Both the position numbers and the translations under genes were made by a program. 64,000 nt of DNA from NCBI GenBank assembly GCA_039096225.1, contig JBBPEB010000033.1:496001-560000 (forward strand), written 5' to 3'. The notes beneath the pieces are model-generated. The model worked only from the letters and a program-made list of their open reading frames with translations, did not search any database and was not told the origin of the DNA. The stretch's first letter is position 1; every line of letters begins with the position of its first letter. This document shows positions 18,081 to 36,782 of the stretch, piece after piece. Source of the DNA: Blastocystis sp. Blastoise. Lineage: Eukaryota > Protista > Bigyra: Opalinata.

Positions 18081-20329
18081 TTTTTATTATTATTATTTAT
18101 CTATGAATGTATATAGTTGTTGCAAAATGTACATCTGAGCTTTATCAGGATCATCAATGGCCTCAAACAAATGAGGGTACTAGTGCTTCTATTCCTTGTG
18201 GTTCTGGTATGACGGGTACATATATAAGAGAATGCCTTGCTACAGGTATTTGGAGTACTAATGTGACTAATACTTGTGGTCAAATATTTTGTCCTGCTAC
18301 TACTATTCCTGCTTATAATGAAACTATAGCTGATGGTACTGTAACTAAACAATGTGCTGTTGGTTTTGAAGGATCTATTAGTAGACACTGTAATATTACA
18401 GGTATTTGGGAAGATGAAGTCAATACTTGTGTTCAAACTAAATGTCTTCCTACTGAACATGATAGTCATTCATTCCCTGCTACTTCTGTTAATACTACTG
18501 CTTCTATCTCTTGTCCTACTGGATATGCTGGTACTATTACTTATGACTGCTTAGATGGATTTATTTGGAGTAACTATCAAAATACTTGTAGTATATATTT
18601 ATTATTCTATATTTATTTAATTATTATAATTATAACATTTATTCTATATTATATTTACATATAGGTTTACAGAATTGTCCTGCTGTTGAATATAATGGTT
18701 ATAACTTTACAGAAACTGGTCCTGGTGTAACTGTATCTCTTCCTTGTTCTTTACCTTTTGAAGGATTTGTCAATTATACTTGTAGCTCTACTATGCAATG
18801 GGAAAACTTTGTGAATGGATGTCGTATGTATTGTTATTATTATATTTATTATATTTATTATATTTATTATATTTATTATATTTATTATATTTATTATATT
18901 TATTATATTTATTATATTTATTATATTTATTATATTTATTATATTTATTATGTTTATTATTATATGTGTGTTATACGAATATTATATATATTATATATAT
19001 TATTATTATATACGTCAAACCTATTGTGAAGCTTCCGTGGAGGGTCATTTCACGTTCCCTCTTACTCCTGCTGGAGAACAAGTCGTCTTAGAATGTCAAC
19101 CACTTTATACAGGTAATGTTACTAAATTCTGTACAAATGACGCTGTTTGGGCACCTACTATTAATAATTGTGGTATATACTATGCTTATTATTATTTATT
19201 ATTATAATTATATGCTTAGAATTCCATTTATTATTATTTATTATAATTATTATCTCTATATATTTTATAAATATTTCTATATAGAAGCTATAATGTGTCC
19301 TGCTGAAACTATAGGGAATCGTGCTTGGGTCTCTGTACCTGCTAATTTCACTAGTTCCTTTGATTGTATGATCTTAAATCCTGATCAAACTGGGTATGTT
19401 TATAGAAAATGTGGTCTTAATGGTGTTTGGGAATCTGAAGATAATCAATGCGGTATATATATATATATATTATATTATTATTATTATTATTTTTTTTTTT
19501 TTTATTTTATTTTTTATTTATTTATATTAATATTATATATATTTATATAGTTTATAATGCACCTACTACTTTCACTTATCCTCAAAGTAGTTATACTTAC
19601 CTTAGTAATGCTACTATTAGTATTATTTCTAGTCACGATAGTATATTTGAAAGTTGTGATAGTCTTCCAGATTTACCTGATGGATTAGAGTTTAATAGTG
19701 ATTGTACTATTCGTGGTGCTGCTATACATGCTTCAGAAACACAAACTTATTTAATTGAAGCTTCTAACTCAGGTGGTGTTATTAATACTAATATTACACT
19801 TACATTTACTGGTATATATAATTATATTCATTATTAATATATATATATATGTTACTTATTCTTTTAAGTTCCTATTTTTAATATATATAATAACCTATAT
19901 ATATATGTATATATATATATATATATATACATATATAGATGATAAATGTGTTGCTGATAGTAGTTTTGATGCTACTTCATTACATACTACTAAACAATTT
20001 ACATGTTATTTCCTTGGTAAGGAAGTACGTACATGTACTACAAAAGATAATATACATCCTGAATGGAAAGTACTAGAAAATGATTGTAATATGTGGTTAT
20101 ATATATGGATTGCTGTTATTGTTGGAGTTGTACTTATTCTTATATTATTAATTATCATTTGTATTTGTTGCTGGTATGTATTATTTATTATTATTATTAT
20201 TTATATTATCATTATTATAATTCTATTATTATTATTTATTACAATTCATCATTATATAGTGGTAATAGTGTGACTAAATATCCTAAGAAACGTGCTTTAC
20301 AGTATTCTACTGAATTAATAGGTGTTTAA
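13829..20329 (+). CDS. Type-I membrane protein: signal peptide, 22 tandem HRM (HormR)-like 4-Cys modules, one He_PIG Ig domain, a 23rd HRM module, TM, CICCC cluster, short tail; 21 exons
   Basis: Repeat consensus C-x(4-11)-WP-x-T-xx-G-x6-C-x(4-5)-G-xxx-R-x-C-xxx-G-x-W-x6-C, mostly one module per phase-1 exon. He_PIG motif PDLPDGLEFNSDCTIRG. TM WLYIWIAVIVGVVLILILLIII. Confidence 0.9.
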
Positions 20330-20782
20330 TTGAATGAATATAATACAATATAATACATTCTTATCTTTCTATTCTAACAAAAAAAAATCTATTTTCTTTA
20401 TTCATTTCATTTTATATATATTAGATGTATAGAAATACAATATTTTATAGAATATTATAATTGGTTTATTTTTTTAATATAATATTTTATCTTTATTGTA
20501 TAGTAGTATTTTTCTGTCACTTTTTTTATCTAGTTACTAATAGTTTTTAAGATTTTTTTATCTTTTTGATTAACTATTCATGTTTGTTTTAATTCATTTC
20601 TTAATCATTTAATCTACAATACTAATATAAACAAGTTTAGAATAATAATAACCCACATTTGTTTTTGAGATTTCTTCATCATATATAAAGCCAAAAAAAA
20701 AATACTATAAAAAGAATTCTAAAAATAGTTTTTTTTTATAAATTTTTCTATTTTTATTTTTGTTTGTTGTGAAATAACCCAA

Positions 20783-25765
<4,983 letters not shown>

Positions 25766-26070
25766 ACATTATATAATATACTATTTATAGTATATATATT
25801 TGTATTCTTAATTCTATAATTAATATTGTTAGCTATATTGTATTTTGTATCTACTTTTTTTTTAAACATATACACAAGCCTAAAAATAAGTATTATAATT
25901 TCACTTTTTTATTAAGAAAAATATGCTTGTAAAAATTGATAAAAAAGCATAATAATAATATTATAAAAAAAAATTAAAACTAAAAAAACATAAATAACAT
26001 TAAATCTATGAATGTTTTTAAATGAAAACAATTCATAAACAATAAATAGTTTATAATTTATATGAAAGAT

Positions 26071-27529
26071 CTATATATCCTTAGAAATTGTATGAATAAC
26101 TTCTTTTATGATTTCCGGTGTAGTTCGACAACATCCTCCCAAGAGAGTCGCTCCTTCATGATACCATGACTCTGCAAGTAAGGCATATTCCTTTATTGAC
26201 TGAATACCTGTTATATAATAATTATTACTATCATTATTATTATAATATATATAATATAATAAAACATATATATATATATACCTGAATGTATAACATACTC
26301 CTGTTTTTCTTTATCCCAATCTTCTCCTAAATTTGGATATACTATTATTCTTTTATTCCATTTCTAATATATATATATATATATAATTCATATAAACTGT
26401 TATAATATTAATATACTTGTTTAATGATTTGAATAAGATTTAGTATATATTTTGGATTCGTACAATTGACACCAACAGCTTTTACCTTTATATATATATA
26501 TAATAATTATATAATAATAATAACAATAGATATATTATTAATAATACGAATTGCTATAATAATAAAATAATTATCTTTTTTCTATAAAAAAAAAATTTAA
26601 ATAGTAAATATATTATAAAATTAAAAAAAAAGCATAAGTATAAAAATATATATACATCTTGGCATATATTTATAGTATCAATAATATCAATAATACTTTC
26701 ATTACTATTTATATGTGACGCGTCACAACATGCGAAAGAAATCCAACAAGGAAATGGAGCACGTGATTTATTAATTGCTTTAATAATACAATGAGCTTCT
26801 CTTTGATTTGGAATAGTCTCAAAAGCATATATATAATTCTTATCTTTCCATAAATAAGAGTACTTTTGATATATACATATTCTTTTATAATGAAATTCTA
26901 TTAAATCTTCATCTCTAAAATTTAAACATATATATATATATTGAGAAAATTAAATATATATTTACGAAATAGTATAATTTCCATTATATTCTGAGCCATC
27001 ATGTAAGAATGCTTGATATAATAATAACAATAAAATATATTATTTTACAGAACAAGAATACCTCCATAACAGCCAAGACTGATTGCAACACCTAATTCTC
27101 TATTAAAATGAGGATCTATCTTTTTATACGTGTCTATAGATTGGAAAGCTATAAGAACTGACTTCACCATGATCTTTTCAGCTTCCTAGAATAAGAAATA
27201 CAAAACTCAATCATGAAATACTATTTGACTAAGTCCATAATTCATTAATCCTTGTGTACAAAGTTGGTAACTTGATGTAGTGATAATATTAACACCACTA
27301 TTCAAATATGACAAATGAACTTTCTCAATCTCTTCTGGATTATTGATCAATACCTATATAGAATAAATATTATAACTCTAGAGTATCGAACATAGATCTT
27401 GAGAGTTCTTACGATTCCAGACCAAAGAAAGTGATTCAGATCGTTCCCATTTCTCTCGAGTTCACTTGCTAGTCCACCGTCAAGAAAGAGAACATGATCT
27501 TTCTTTGCAAATAAATCACTTAATGTCAT
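26071..27529 (-). CDS. Homocysteine S-methyltransferase (MmuM/HMT family), 8 exons
   Basis: LFLDGGLASELE, LWSG, VHLSYLNSGVNIITTSSYQ, SLGCYG|AFLHDGSEYNGNY, AFETIP, VGVNC, YPNLGE, LGGCCRTTP (Zn ligands intact). Confidence 0.93.
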
Positions 27530-28740
27530 TAAAAAATTCAGTGTCAATAAAAAAAGACAATACTATTTTTTTTTTCAGAAAATAGACTTACAACTGTATT
27601 TTTTTTTATTTATATAGTATATTGAAAACATTTACTCCATGTTTTGATTATTATTTTAATAAATTATAAACATTTATTTCGATAAAATAGATGGGAAGCC
27701 ACAATACCATTATTTCTTGTTATGATATATAATTGTCTTTAAAAATAATTATACTATTGTTTGAATAACCGACTTTCCAAATTTCGACGACTTATTCTTC
27801 TATATCTTTTGAAAGAATTTAAAAAAATAAATTGTTAAAAAAGTCGTGAAGAAATAGAGATTTTAATTGGCTGATTTTTGTAGTTAGCCAATTATATGAT
27901 TTAGTGAACTCTAACTGAAAGATGAAGAAACGTGGAATAATAAGGGAAGAAGAAGAAATTCAAAACCAGACAATATAAGGATTTAATATATGTTTTATAC
28001 GGAGTATAGGTAATAGGATAAAATCAAACGTGATTCATAAGTTTGACGACATATTGCGTAATCAATGAAGTAAATATCAGTTATTTGAGTGATATCATCG
28101 CATTTAGAATGTTTGTATAATCACTGATCAGAGGCAATATTTTTTTCTATTAATAATAATAGAAACAGTGGATCAATAACTGTATAATTGGTAAATAGAT
28201 TCAGCTGAAAACGGAATATGTGATTATTCAATCTTTGTGGTAATTTATGAGTATTAGAATAACGAAGTCAAAGAATAAAGGCGATAACATTTGGATTAGA
28301 TTATCAAATAAAAACGTCTTTCATTCATCAAATATACCCCTTAATATATATAAGGGGTCTGTCATATTATTAATAAAATAGAATATTCTTTAATGATGGA
28401 AATTAAAATATAAAAAAGGAATGTCTTTTAAAAATACAGAAAATTTTCATGAAAAAATTCTAAAAGAAAAAGAGAAATAATCTGAAAACTAGATTTCTAT
28501 GCTGAAAATATTTGAAGACGGGAAATAGCCAACTGAAATACTAAATAAAGAATCTGAAAATCAGAATACATAAAGGAATAAACTGCTTATCGATAGCGGT
28601 AATCACGAATTCATTTAATATCTGGCTAAAAAGTATTATATCCCCATGATTAGTAATGAATGGGTTATTGATTCTTAGTATATAGGAAATGTGACGACAA
28701 TTATAATTCTATTTTTTATCCTTTTCAATCTATCCCTACA

Positions 28741-29830
28741 ATGGAAAGTCAATCTGAATTTGTTAGCAAACCTAGTATGTCATCGATAAGTCACTCTAGA
28801 ATATCTATTTAAATTATATATAGTGAATAATACTGATTCAAACGCAACCCTTCGTGTTAAGTTTCAATTAAATGAAAGAGCTAAACAACCGTTGAGTGCT
28901 CCAATATTTAACCTTCTTACTGAAAGAAAAATTGACTACTCTACTGTAACTCATCCTACTGATGGCGATTTTGTATGTTTTTGTTTCAAAATATAATTCT
29001 TATATTATATATATATATATAATGTAGATCTGTATTGTGGGTACTTTCCAACAAATAAGTGAAACTGTATGTTTAATAAAAGAAGAAATTGTTCAAGTTC
29101 CTACTGATGACGAATTAGCTGAATTAGAAGTTCCTAGCGATGTACATATATTATATATTGTTTTTTTTATTTATTAATAATTATATTTATTTTTATAGCA
29201 ACATAATGAAATTATTGTTCGTTTTGAAGTTCCTGATTCTTATATTGGTGGTTTAATTGGTAAATCAGGATCAGGTATTCAATTGATTCGTCGATATGCT
29301 CGTTGTCGTATTTATTTAGAACCTCAAAATAATAATGAAACAGAAAGAAGAATAAAATTATGTGGTAATAGTAATAATGTATTTGATACTATACATAAAA
29401 TATTACATCGTCTTTTATTCTTACGTCCTTCTCTTGGTCAATTACCTACTAGTTTCCCTGAACTTGAAGAATATGTACAAAGTATTATCGGTAAACAAGC
29501 TTCTTATCCCCCTATTCAAAGAGTATTTTTTTTTAATTTTATTAGTTTTATTATTTTTATTTTATTTTTTTTTTAATTTAATTTTTATTTTTAAATTTTT
29601 ATTTATATACATTTATATTGTTTTATTATTATTAGTTATATTTCTCTTCTTGTCTAGGGTAGTACTGATAATTCTGTATTATCTTCTCCTTTACAAAGTT
29701 TCTCTCCAAGTACTCTTCTCTCTTCTATAGCTCTTCCTACAACAAATCAACAAGAACTCATCAATAATAACCCCTCTAAAACACATGATCTCAATCTATT
29801 TAGAACTCTTAAATATAGGTATGTTTGTAT

Positions 29831-29885
<55 letters not shown>

Positions 29886-29888
29886 TAT

Positions 29889-29971
<83 letters not shown>

Positions 29972-30313
29972 TCATTTATAAATATTAATATTATTAATAA
30001 TAATATTTTTATTAATATTTTTTTATTATTAAAATATAATAAGACTTCCTTTATATAAAGTGCAAGTATAACTACCTTTGCTTTAATGACAACTACTTCT
30101 TTAATTGATATTCCCGTGAATAAAGCAGGTCATATAATTGGTAAGGGAGGTGAGAAAATAAAACGTTTCCGTAAAACCGCTGATTGTCAAATATCTATAG
30201 AAGAAATACCCGACGTACCTAAGATGAGAAAACTTCGTTTAAGTGGTACAATATTACAAGTATGTTTAGCAGAAAGACTTATTCTTGAAGCTATTCAAGA
30301 AAGCTTTCTTTAA
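28741..30313 (+). CDS. KH-domain RNA-binding protein (PCBP/hnRNP-K-like), 6 exons
   Basis: Two GxxG KH loops: VPDSYIGGLIGKSGSGIQLIR and IPVNKAGHIIGKGGEKIKRFR. Confidence 0.85.
29828..29971. repeat. (ATTT)n microsatellite in a KH-gene intron
   Basis: Directly visible. Confidence 0.9.
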
Positions 30314-31286
30314 AGAGAAATTATTAAATAATTTATAATCAATAATTATATTACTTAAATATATATTAACTATTCAAAGAAATTCTATTTTGTGAATAAT
30401 TTATATATTGAAATTTATAATTATTATTATTTTTATTTGAATTTATTTTTCTTTGTGTGTGTTATAATTTCATATTCGTTATTTAGTAAACAATATATAT
30501 TATATATATCATTTATATATTTATTATTTGTTTGAACATTTTATTTTTATTTTTTTTTTTATTATTTTCATTATCATTATTTAAACTCAGCAGCGTTATA
30601 AATATTACATATATATATTATATCTTTTTTTTTCTTAATTTTATTATTATCTTCTTTTCTGTCCACTTATTTCTGTTATTTTTTAATTCTTTTTATTTAT
30701 TTATTATAAATTCTATTCTATATCCTGTGGTATACTTCATCTCATTCAAAGTAATTATTTGCTTATATACAATAATTTCTTATTTATTTATTTTTATTTC
30801 CTTTTATTACATATATATATCATTTTTATTTCTTACGAAGATAACGTTGTCTTTCATTTTTTTTATTTTTATTATATATAAATATATTATACCCTCATCC
30901 TTTTATCCCTAGTTAACATATTTCTTTTTTATTATTATTTTTTTTTTTTTTTTTTTTTATTATCTTTATATCATCGTACATTTGGATGTTTAATTATTTA
31001 TTTATTTTTATTTTCTTTTTACTTATTATTCTCTGTAACTCAATAAATATTGTGATGCGTATTTATATTTATTTATTAACTTAACTCATATATTTAATAT
31101 TTTCCATTTATTTACAACTTTTATTTCTATTTCTTACATTTTATTATGGTATTATTCAATTTTAATTTTAATGGTGCTATTAGGACTCATTCTATAGTTT
31201 GGTATATTATTTTTTATTTATCTAGGTTTTATAGCTTTTTTATTAATAAAAGAAAATTTTAAAATAACAGTTGCAACATATATTCA

Positions 31287-32087
31287 TTATTCTACTTTAT
31301 ATATATACTTCATTTGTTTTGATTGCATCTCTATCATCATTGCTTTTTGTAAACATTCTTCGAATAAAAGCGATACAGTTTCATTCACATTGTTAAAATA
31401 ACTCTATATACAATATGTATTATATGTTTATATCTATGATTCCTGAGATTTGTACACAAATATTATACAAAAATACTTTTGTGTTTCTAATAGCAACATT
31501 TCGAATACAACGTTTTCGAACGAATCCACATTTTTCTTTTGAAAAACCACTATAGCATTCACCAAAATAAGCAGCCTTTATCTCGCTAAAAAAAAATAAA
31601 TATAACAATTCTAATAAGAATCTTATATTTTTAATAGCTATGTACATTATTTACCTACAACTAAGGACACCAATATTTGAAAGATCTTTGTTATTTATTA
31701 TATCAAGAATATGAATCATTTCATGCATTAATAATAATTTAATCTTTTGTAAATAAAATATTATATACATATATATATATCAAACTATTTTATACTTCAT
31801 TTGCAGCTACTCTATTCTTGCAGATCAATATTCTTAATGGATTCACTCCTGAAAATGCTCTTCCAATACTCTCTGGACCTATTTATATATTAGTTCAGTA
31901 TTCATTCATATATACCTTCTGTCATACAATCACGAATCTCAATTAAAAGTTCATTCTTCTACATATATAACATACAATCATTTCTATATACAGTTTGATT
32001 TAGTTTATCCTGTAGATAATTGAACTCTGGAAGATTCAGTAAATCTAATATATATTTTTCTGTGATTATAGGATTCGTATCAATCAT
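31287..32087 (-). CDS. ATP23: Mitochondrial intermembrane-space metalloprotease ATP23 (peptidase M76), 6 exons; mostly missed by the ORF track
   Basis: Spliced ...ILICKNR...|IKLLLMHEMIHILD...VLSCS|EIKAAYFGEC...KRCIRNVAIRN...LFEEC. HExxH plus CSEI.AA..G.C is the ATP23 signature. Confidence 0.85.
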
Positions 32088-33208
32088 TTATTAGGAGATG
32101 AATTAATTTTATAAATAATTTTTATTCTTTTTTAATTTAACTTTTTTTTTGAATTTATATTATTTTTATGCTGTACCATTATATATTCGTGCTCGAGGAT
32201 ATGTGGATTTGTTGTTTTATTTGTATTTTTTCAAAAAGAATATCAGTTTATTATAAGATAATGAAATGATCAGTGATTTTGAGTTCCTTTTTATTGTAGA
32301 CAGAACTACAGAATAAGTCAAGAAATTTCCATATAAGTATGCCTTTTATTATTGTATCATTTTTTTATATTATAGAAATTAAGTATAGAATAATGTATTT
32401 TGATATAAATTCAAGCATCTCTGAAGATAATTAATATTTTAATCAAATAATAAAACATAGATGAATCCTATAAAGTTGGCTTGAAAAATATTTTATTATT
32501 TCTTGTTGTCAAAAGTTTTGTCTACATCATACAAAATAATATTATGCTAGTAATGAATATATTAGTAGAATATATATATATAAAACAGGAAAAAGATATT
32601 TTAAAAATATATTATATAAAGGAGAAATTTCTTTCACACAAGTCTATTATTATTAATATATATGATTAAAATGAATACTTTTAGAATTCTGAATAGCTAT
32701 ATTTTATGTTTTGAACTTCAAATTAATCTACATTTAAATATGAAGAAACAGAAAAAGTATTCGATGTATTGTTAAGAATGTTTATAAAGAATAAAAAGTT
32801 TATTATATATATTTAATAATTTATTATAAATGGATGAAATATGATATTATTTGATTACATTTATATATTTATAGAATAATAAAAGAACGAAACAAATCAT
32901 TTTGAAAATACCACAAGAAATGCACAATAAAACTATAAATAATCTATTTAAATATTAATATATATGCATAATTGATAAATCTAGTATCGTATTGTATAAC
33001 AACTATTTATGTATATCTAACAGTAAAAAAAAAGAAACATTAATACCAAAAGAAAATTAACAAAAAATATGAGACAATGAAGAAAAATGAAAATAGAAAA
33101 ATATTTAAAAAATATTTGAAAAGTAACTAGAGAAAAAATAGTTAAAATAAAAAGATTTTAAATGGATTCAATATATATATATATATATTGATATAGAAGA
33201 GAGTGTAT

Positions 33209-34082
33209 TTAAGAATTACTAAGAAGTGGCTGATGTATTTGAATTGAATTTTCTTTATATATATTATTATTATTATATATATTATTATTATTATGATAGG
33301 GAGTAGTAGATAGTGTAGTAGTAGAAGAAGGAGAAGTGGCGGGAATATATATTTTGGCGGGTATAGGTTGAATATTGGATTCTGTAGATATTTGATGTAC
33401 AATCACCGTAGAATCACGGGAATCAGAGTTTTCTTTAGGGAAATATAATGATTTATTTTCTTCAAAATCAGTTAAATTATAATAAAACTCATAATTCTTC
33501 TGATTTGATATACGTATAAAGAAGTTACGAATATGATTGATATATCGAGCACGTGGAAAGCACCTGGACTCTACATTATTATGACCTGCGTCATCCTATA
33601 TTATGATTATAATTATTATGATTATGATTATATGATTATGATTATGATTATGATTATATAATTATGATTATGATTATTATTATTATCATGATTATTATGA
33701 TTATATACTACAAATAAAATATCAGTTCGATATTGCAGTTGGACTTTTTGATATAATAATTCTGTATGTCTACGTGGAATCATTTGATCATTATTTCCAT
33801 GAATAAAACATACTGGACATTCAATTTGATCTATCTATATAGAAATATTTAATAATCATCATAATTGTTATTCTTATTATATAAAATAACATATTTTTTT
33901 ATAATATAAATATTTATGCCGAATTATAGATAATATAATATATATATACAATATTGATAGTACAATATAAATCTGATGACGAAGGAAAACGCAAATTAAA
34001 AACAATCCCAAATACTGAAGTAAATGCACTCTATATATATTATTATTATTAAAATTACTATTATTATTACTATTAAAATTAC

Positions 34083-34148
<66 letters not shown>

Positions 34149-34743
34149 AATTATTATTCTTATTTTTCTATAATATATATGTCTATATATACTTGTAATA
34201 TAAGTCCAGAAGGAGGCATTTTTTTTGATGACATATATAGTGCCATATGACAAGCAATAGCTGTTCCTAAAGAATGACCATATCTATATATATATATATA
34301 TTATTAAGAACAATCATAAAACTATCAATTTCAATAAGTTATTTAAAGAATAGTAACACTTACATGATAATATTTGCAGGATCTATCTTATTCACATTTA
34401 TAATGTGATTTATAAAGAGTTCAGAACATCTAAAAAGAGAAGACTCTGTAGATTTTCCACTAGTTTGCCCATATCCTGGATAATCAAATGATATCACATT
34501 CACATTGAATAAATAAGCTAACCAATGCAAAAAATTGTATGTTGAAAATAGATCTTCTGCATTTCCATGTAAATAAATAAATGTTCTAGGTAAGTGTCTG
34601 TTGATATAAACAACAGCAATCTTTCCATCATCGGTAGCTATTTCATAATAAGAATCTTTGAATCGAGAATGATAACTAGAGTATGCAGCTTTTGGTGGCA
34701 AATATATTATTTTTGATATAAGATAATCAACAAGACATCCCAT
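33209..34743 (-). CDS. ABHD17-like alpha/beta hydrolase (depalmitoylase-like), 5 exons
   Basis: YLHGNAEDL, FDYPGYGQTSG, YGHSLG (nucleophile), LILQ|SAFTS, IHGNNDQMIP, AGHNNVE. Confidence 0.9.
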
Positions 34744-35194
34744 TATGCAAAATAAGAGTTACTTCACTAAGTATAAAGTAACACTTAAATAGAATTTAAA
34801 AAAAAAATCATTTATGTTTTTAAATTCTCGTTTAGGGAGAATTCGTTTTAAAACGACTTTTTGGCTTGTTTTTACGATTCTTAGATCATTTTATTATTTT
34901 TGATCAGGTTTATAAAGAAGTGTAATTATATTGGTATTTGATGTTTTGAATAAATGTAGAAGCATAGAGAATTCATAGAGATGTAATTTAATAATTGTTT
35001 TTCCAGTTTTCATAAAAATGGTTGTTACCTTTCCATTTATACAATAACAATAATCAATATGAATTTATACACGATATTCAAAATTTTGTAGAAATTAAAT
35101 TTTAGGAATATTTTAAAAAGTATCAAAAAAAAAAAAGAAATGAAATAGAATGATATAAAATAATAATACAGTTTCTATAGAATTATGGATAAAA

Positions 35195-36782
35195 CTAATT
35201 TTTCTTTTTAGCTCTTTGATTATCTCTTGGAAGATCAAATAAATCCGCTAATACACTCTATATATTATTATTATTATTCAAATACAAATGCATTTTGTTT
35301 TGGAATGATTATAATACAAAAGAATATATATATATATATAATTACTTCAGATAAAAGATCCATATTAAAAGATGATTTTACAGTTTGGGGAATACGTAAC
35401 TCTTCTTCACCCTAATAATATATATATATAATATTTTCAAAAGAATAATAGAAAGTACTATTTATATATATTCTTTTAAATTAATTGAAATATTAAATAT
35501 ATAGAATTATAACACTATGAGTATATATAAATTGTTTATTCAAATCATTTAAAAATAATTATAATCACAATATATATATATATATATACTTCTGAAAAAG
35601 AAATAAATAGAGGTATTGCATTTGATAATGGATCTGTCTGAATATGATATTCAGACGCAATTAATGGACTTTCAGATACATTAATAAACGCAAATTGAAT
35701 ACTATCACTTGTATATCTATAATAATAATAATGATATTATTATTAAAATAATAATAGTAATAATAAATAGCAAATAATTACAAATTATTATAGCATATAA
35801 CAAATAGCAAATAATAATAAATAATTATAACACATAACAAATAACAAATAATAATAAATAATTATAACACATAACAAATAAATAATAATAATAAATAATT
35901 ATAACACATAAAAAATAACAAATAATAATAAATAATTATAACACATAAAAAATAAAAAATAATTAACATATAATAACAAATAATAAATAATTAACACATA
36001 ATAAATAATACTTTTTAGATAAAGTCGAGAAAACTAAATATAAATGTTTTCCTTTTATATCGAAATTAGAATCAAACATGATAATCCAACGTTTTTTATT
36101 AGTTTCTAGAATATATTATAAAACTAATATACATCTATTTGCAAATATTTTTAGTATATAAGAAATAATTAAAAAAAATATATAGAACACAAACAATATA
36201 CTATCTAAGACATAATTATGAAACATAGTCTCACTAAGAATCATAATCTTATCATTTTCATCTTGTATTGGTGTTGAAAAATAAAAAGTTCCTATATGTT
36301 CAAAGAATGATTACATAATTCATTACATAAATTCAGCATACCTAATAAAATAATAGAATACCATATAGCAATGCGCTTATCAATCTGTGTAGCAAATATT
36401 AATACTGTAAATTGAATGCATATATCCACAAAATTACATAATTCTTGTTTTCATTAAGAAAAAAATATATAAATAAATAAACTTAACTTATATTTATAAT
36501 ATAAATTATATCAATAATATGGATATGTATATAGAAGGTTTCTTGAATAGTTTTTTCACAATAATGAAAATCATCATCAAACATATCTCAATTTCTCGTG
36601 TAAGACCAATCCACGAATACGATGAATCATAAAGAATAGGTGTTGTTTCTTTGTATATATGTCGAATATAAAAGTAAGATGATAAAATCTATAAATAAGA
36701 ACATATAAAGAAGTAACATATCACCTACTAATATCTTAATAATCGACGAAATCCTTTGATTTATTCTATTCCAACTACTCAT
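35195..36782 (-). CDS. TMX2: Thioredoxin-related transmembrane protein 2 (TMX2)-like, 8 exons; absent from the ORF track
   Basis: Spliced TREIEICLMMIF, QIDKRIAIWY, RWIIMFDSNF, LSK|KYTSDSIQFAFINV, YHIQTDPLSNAIPLFISFSE|GEEELRIPQ and a C-terminal KKKN (KKxx ER-retrieval motif) parallel TMX2. Confidence 0.75.
35765..36010. repeat. Degenerate ~35-40-bp minisatellite (AAATAATAATAAATAATTATAACACATAAC...) x~6 in a TMX2 intron
   Basis: The AATTATAACACATAA core recurs. Confidence 0.8.
36445..36526 (-). other. Putative U12-type intron (AT...AA) in the TMX2-like gene
   Basis: Donor ATATCC, branch-like TTCTTAAT at 36460-36453. Read-through hits a stop before any GT. Confidence 0.6.

Noticed and set aside
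27900-28720. Purine-rich stretch upstream of the KH gene as a hidden gene
   Set aside because: All frames are interrupted and no consistent splice model was found.
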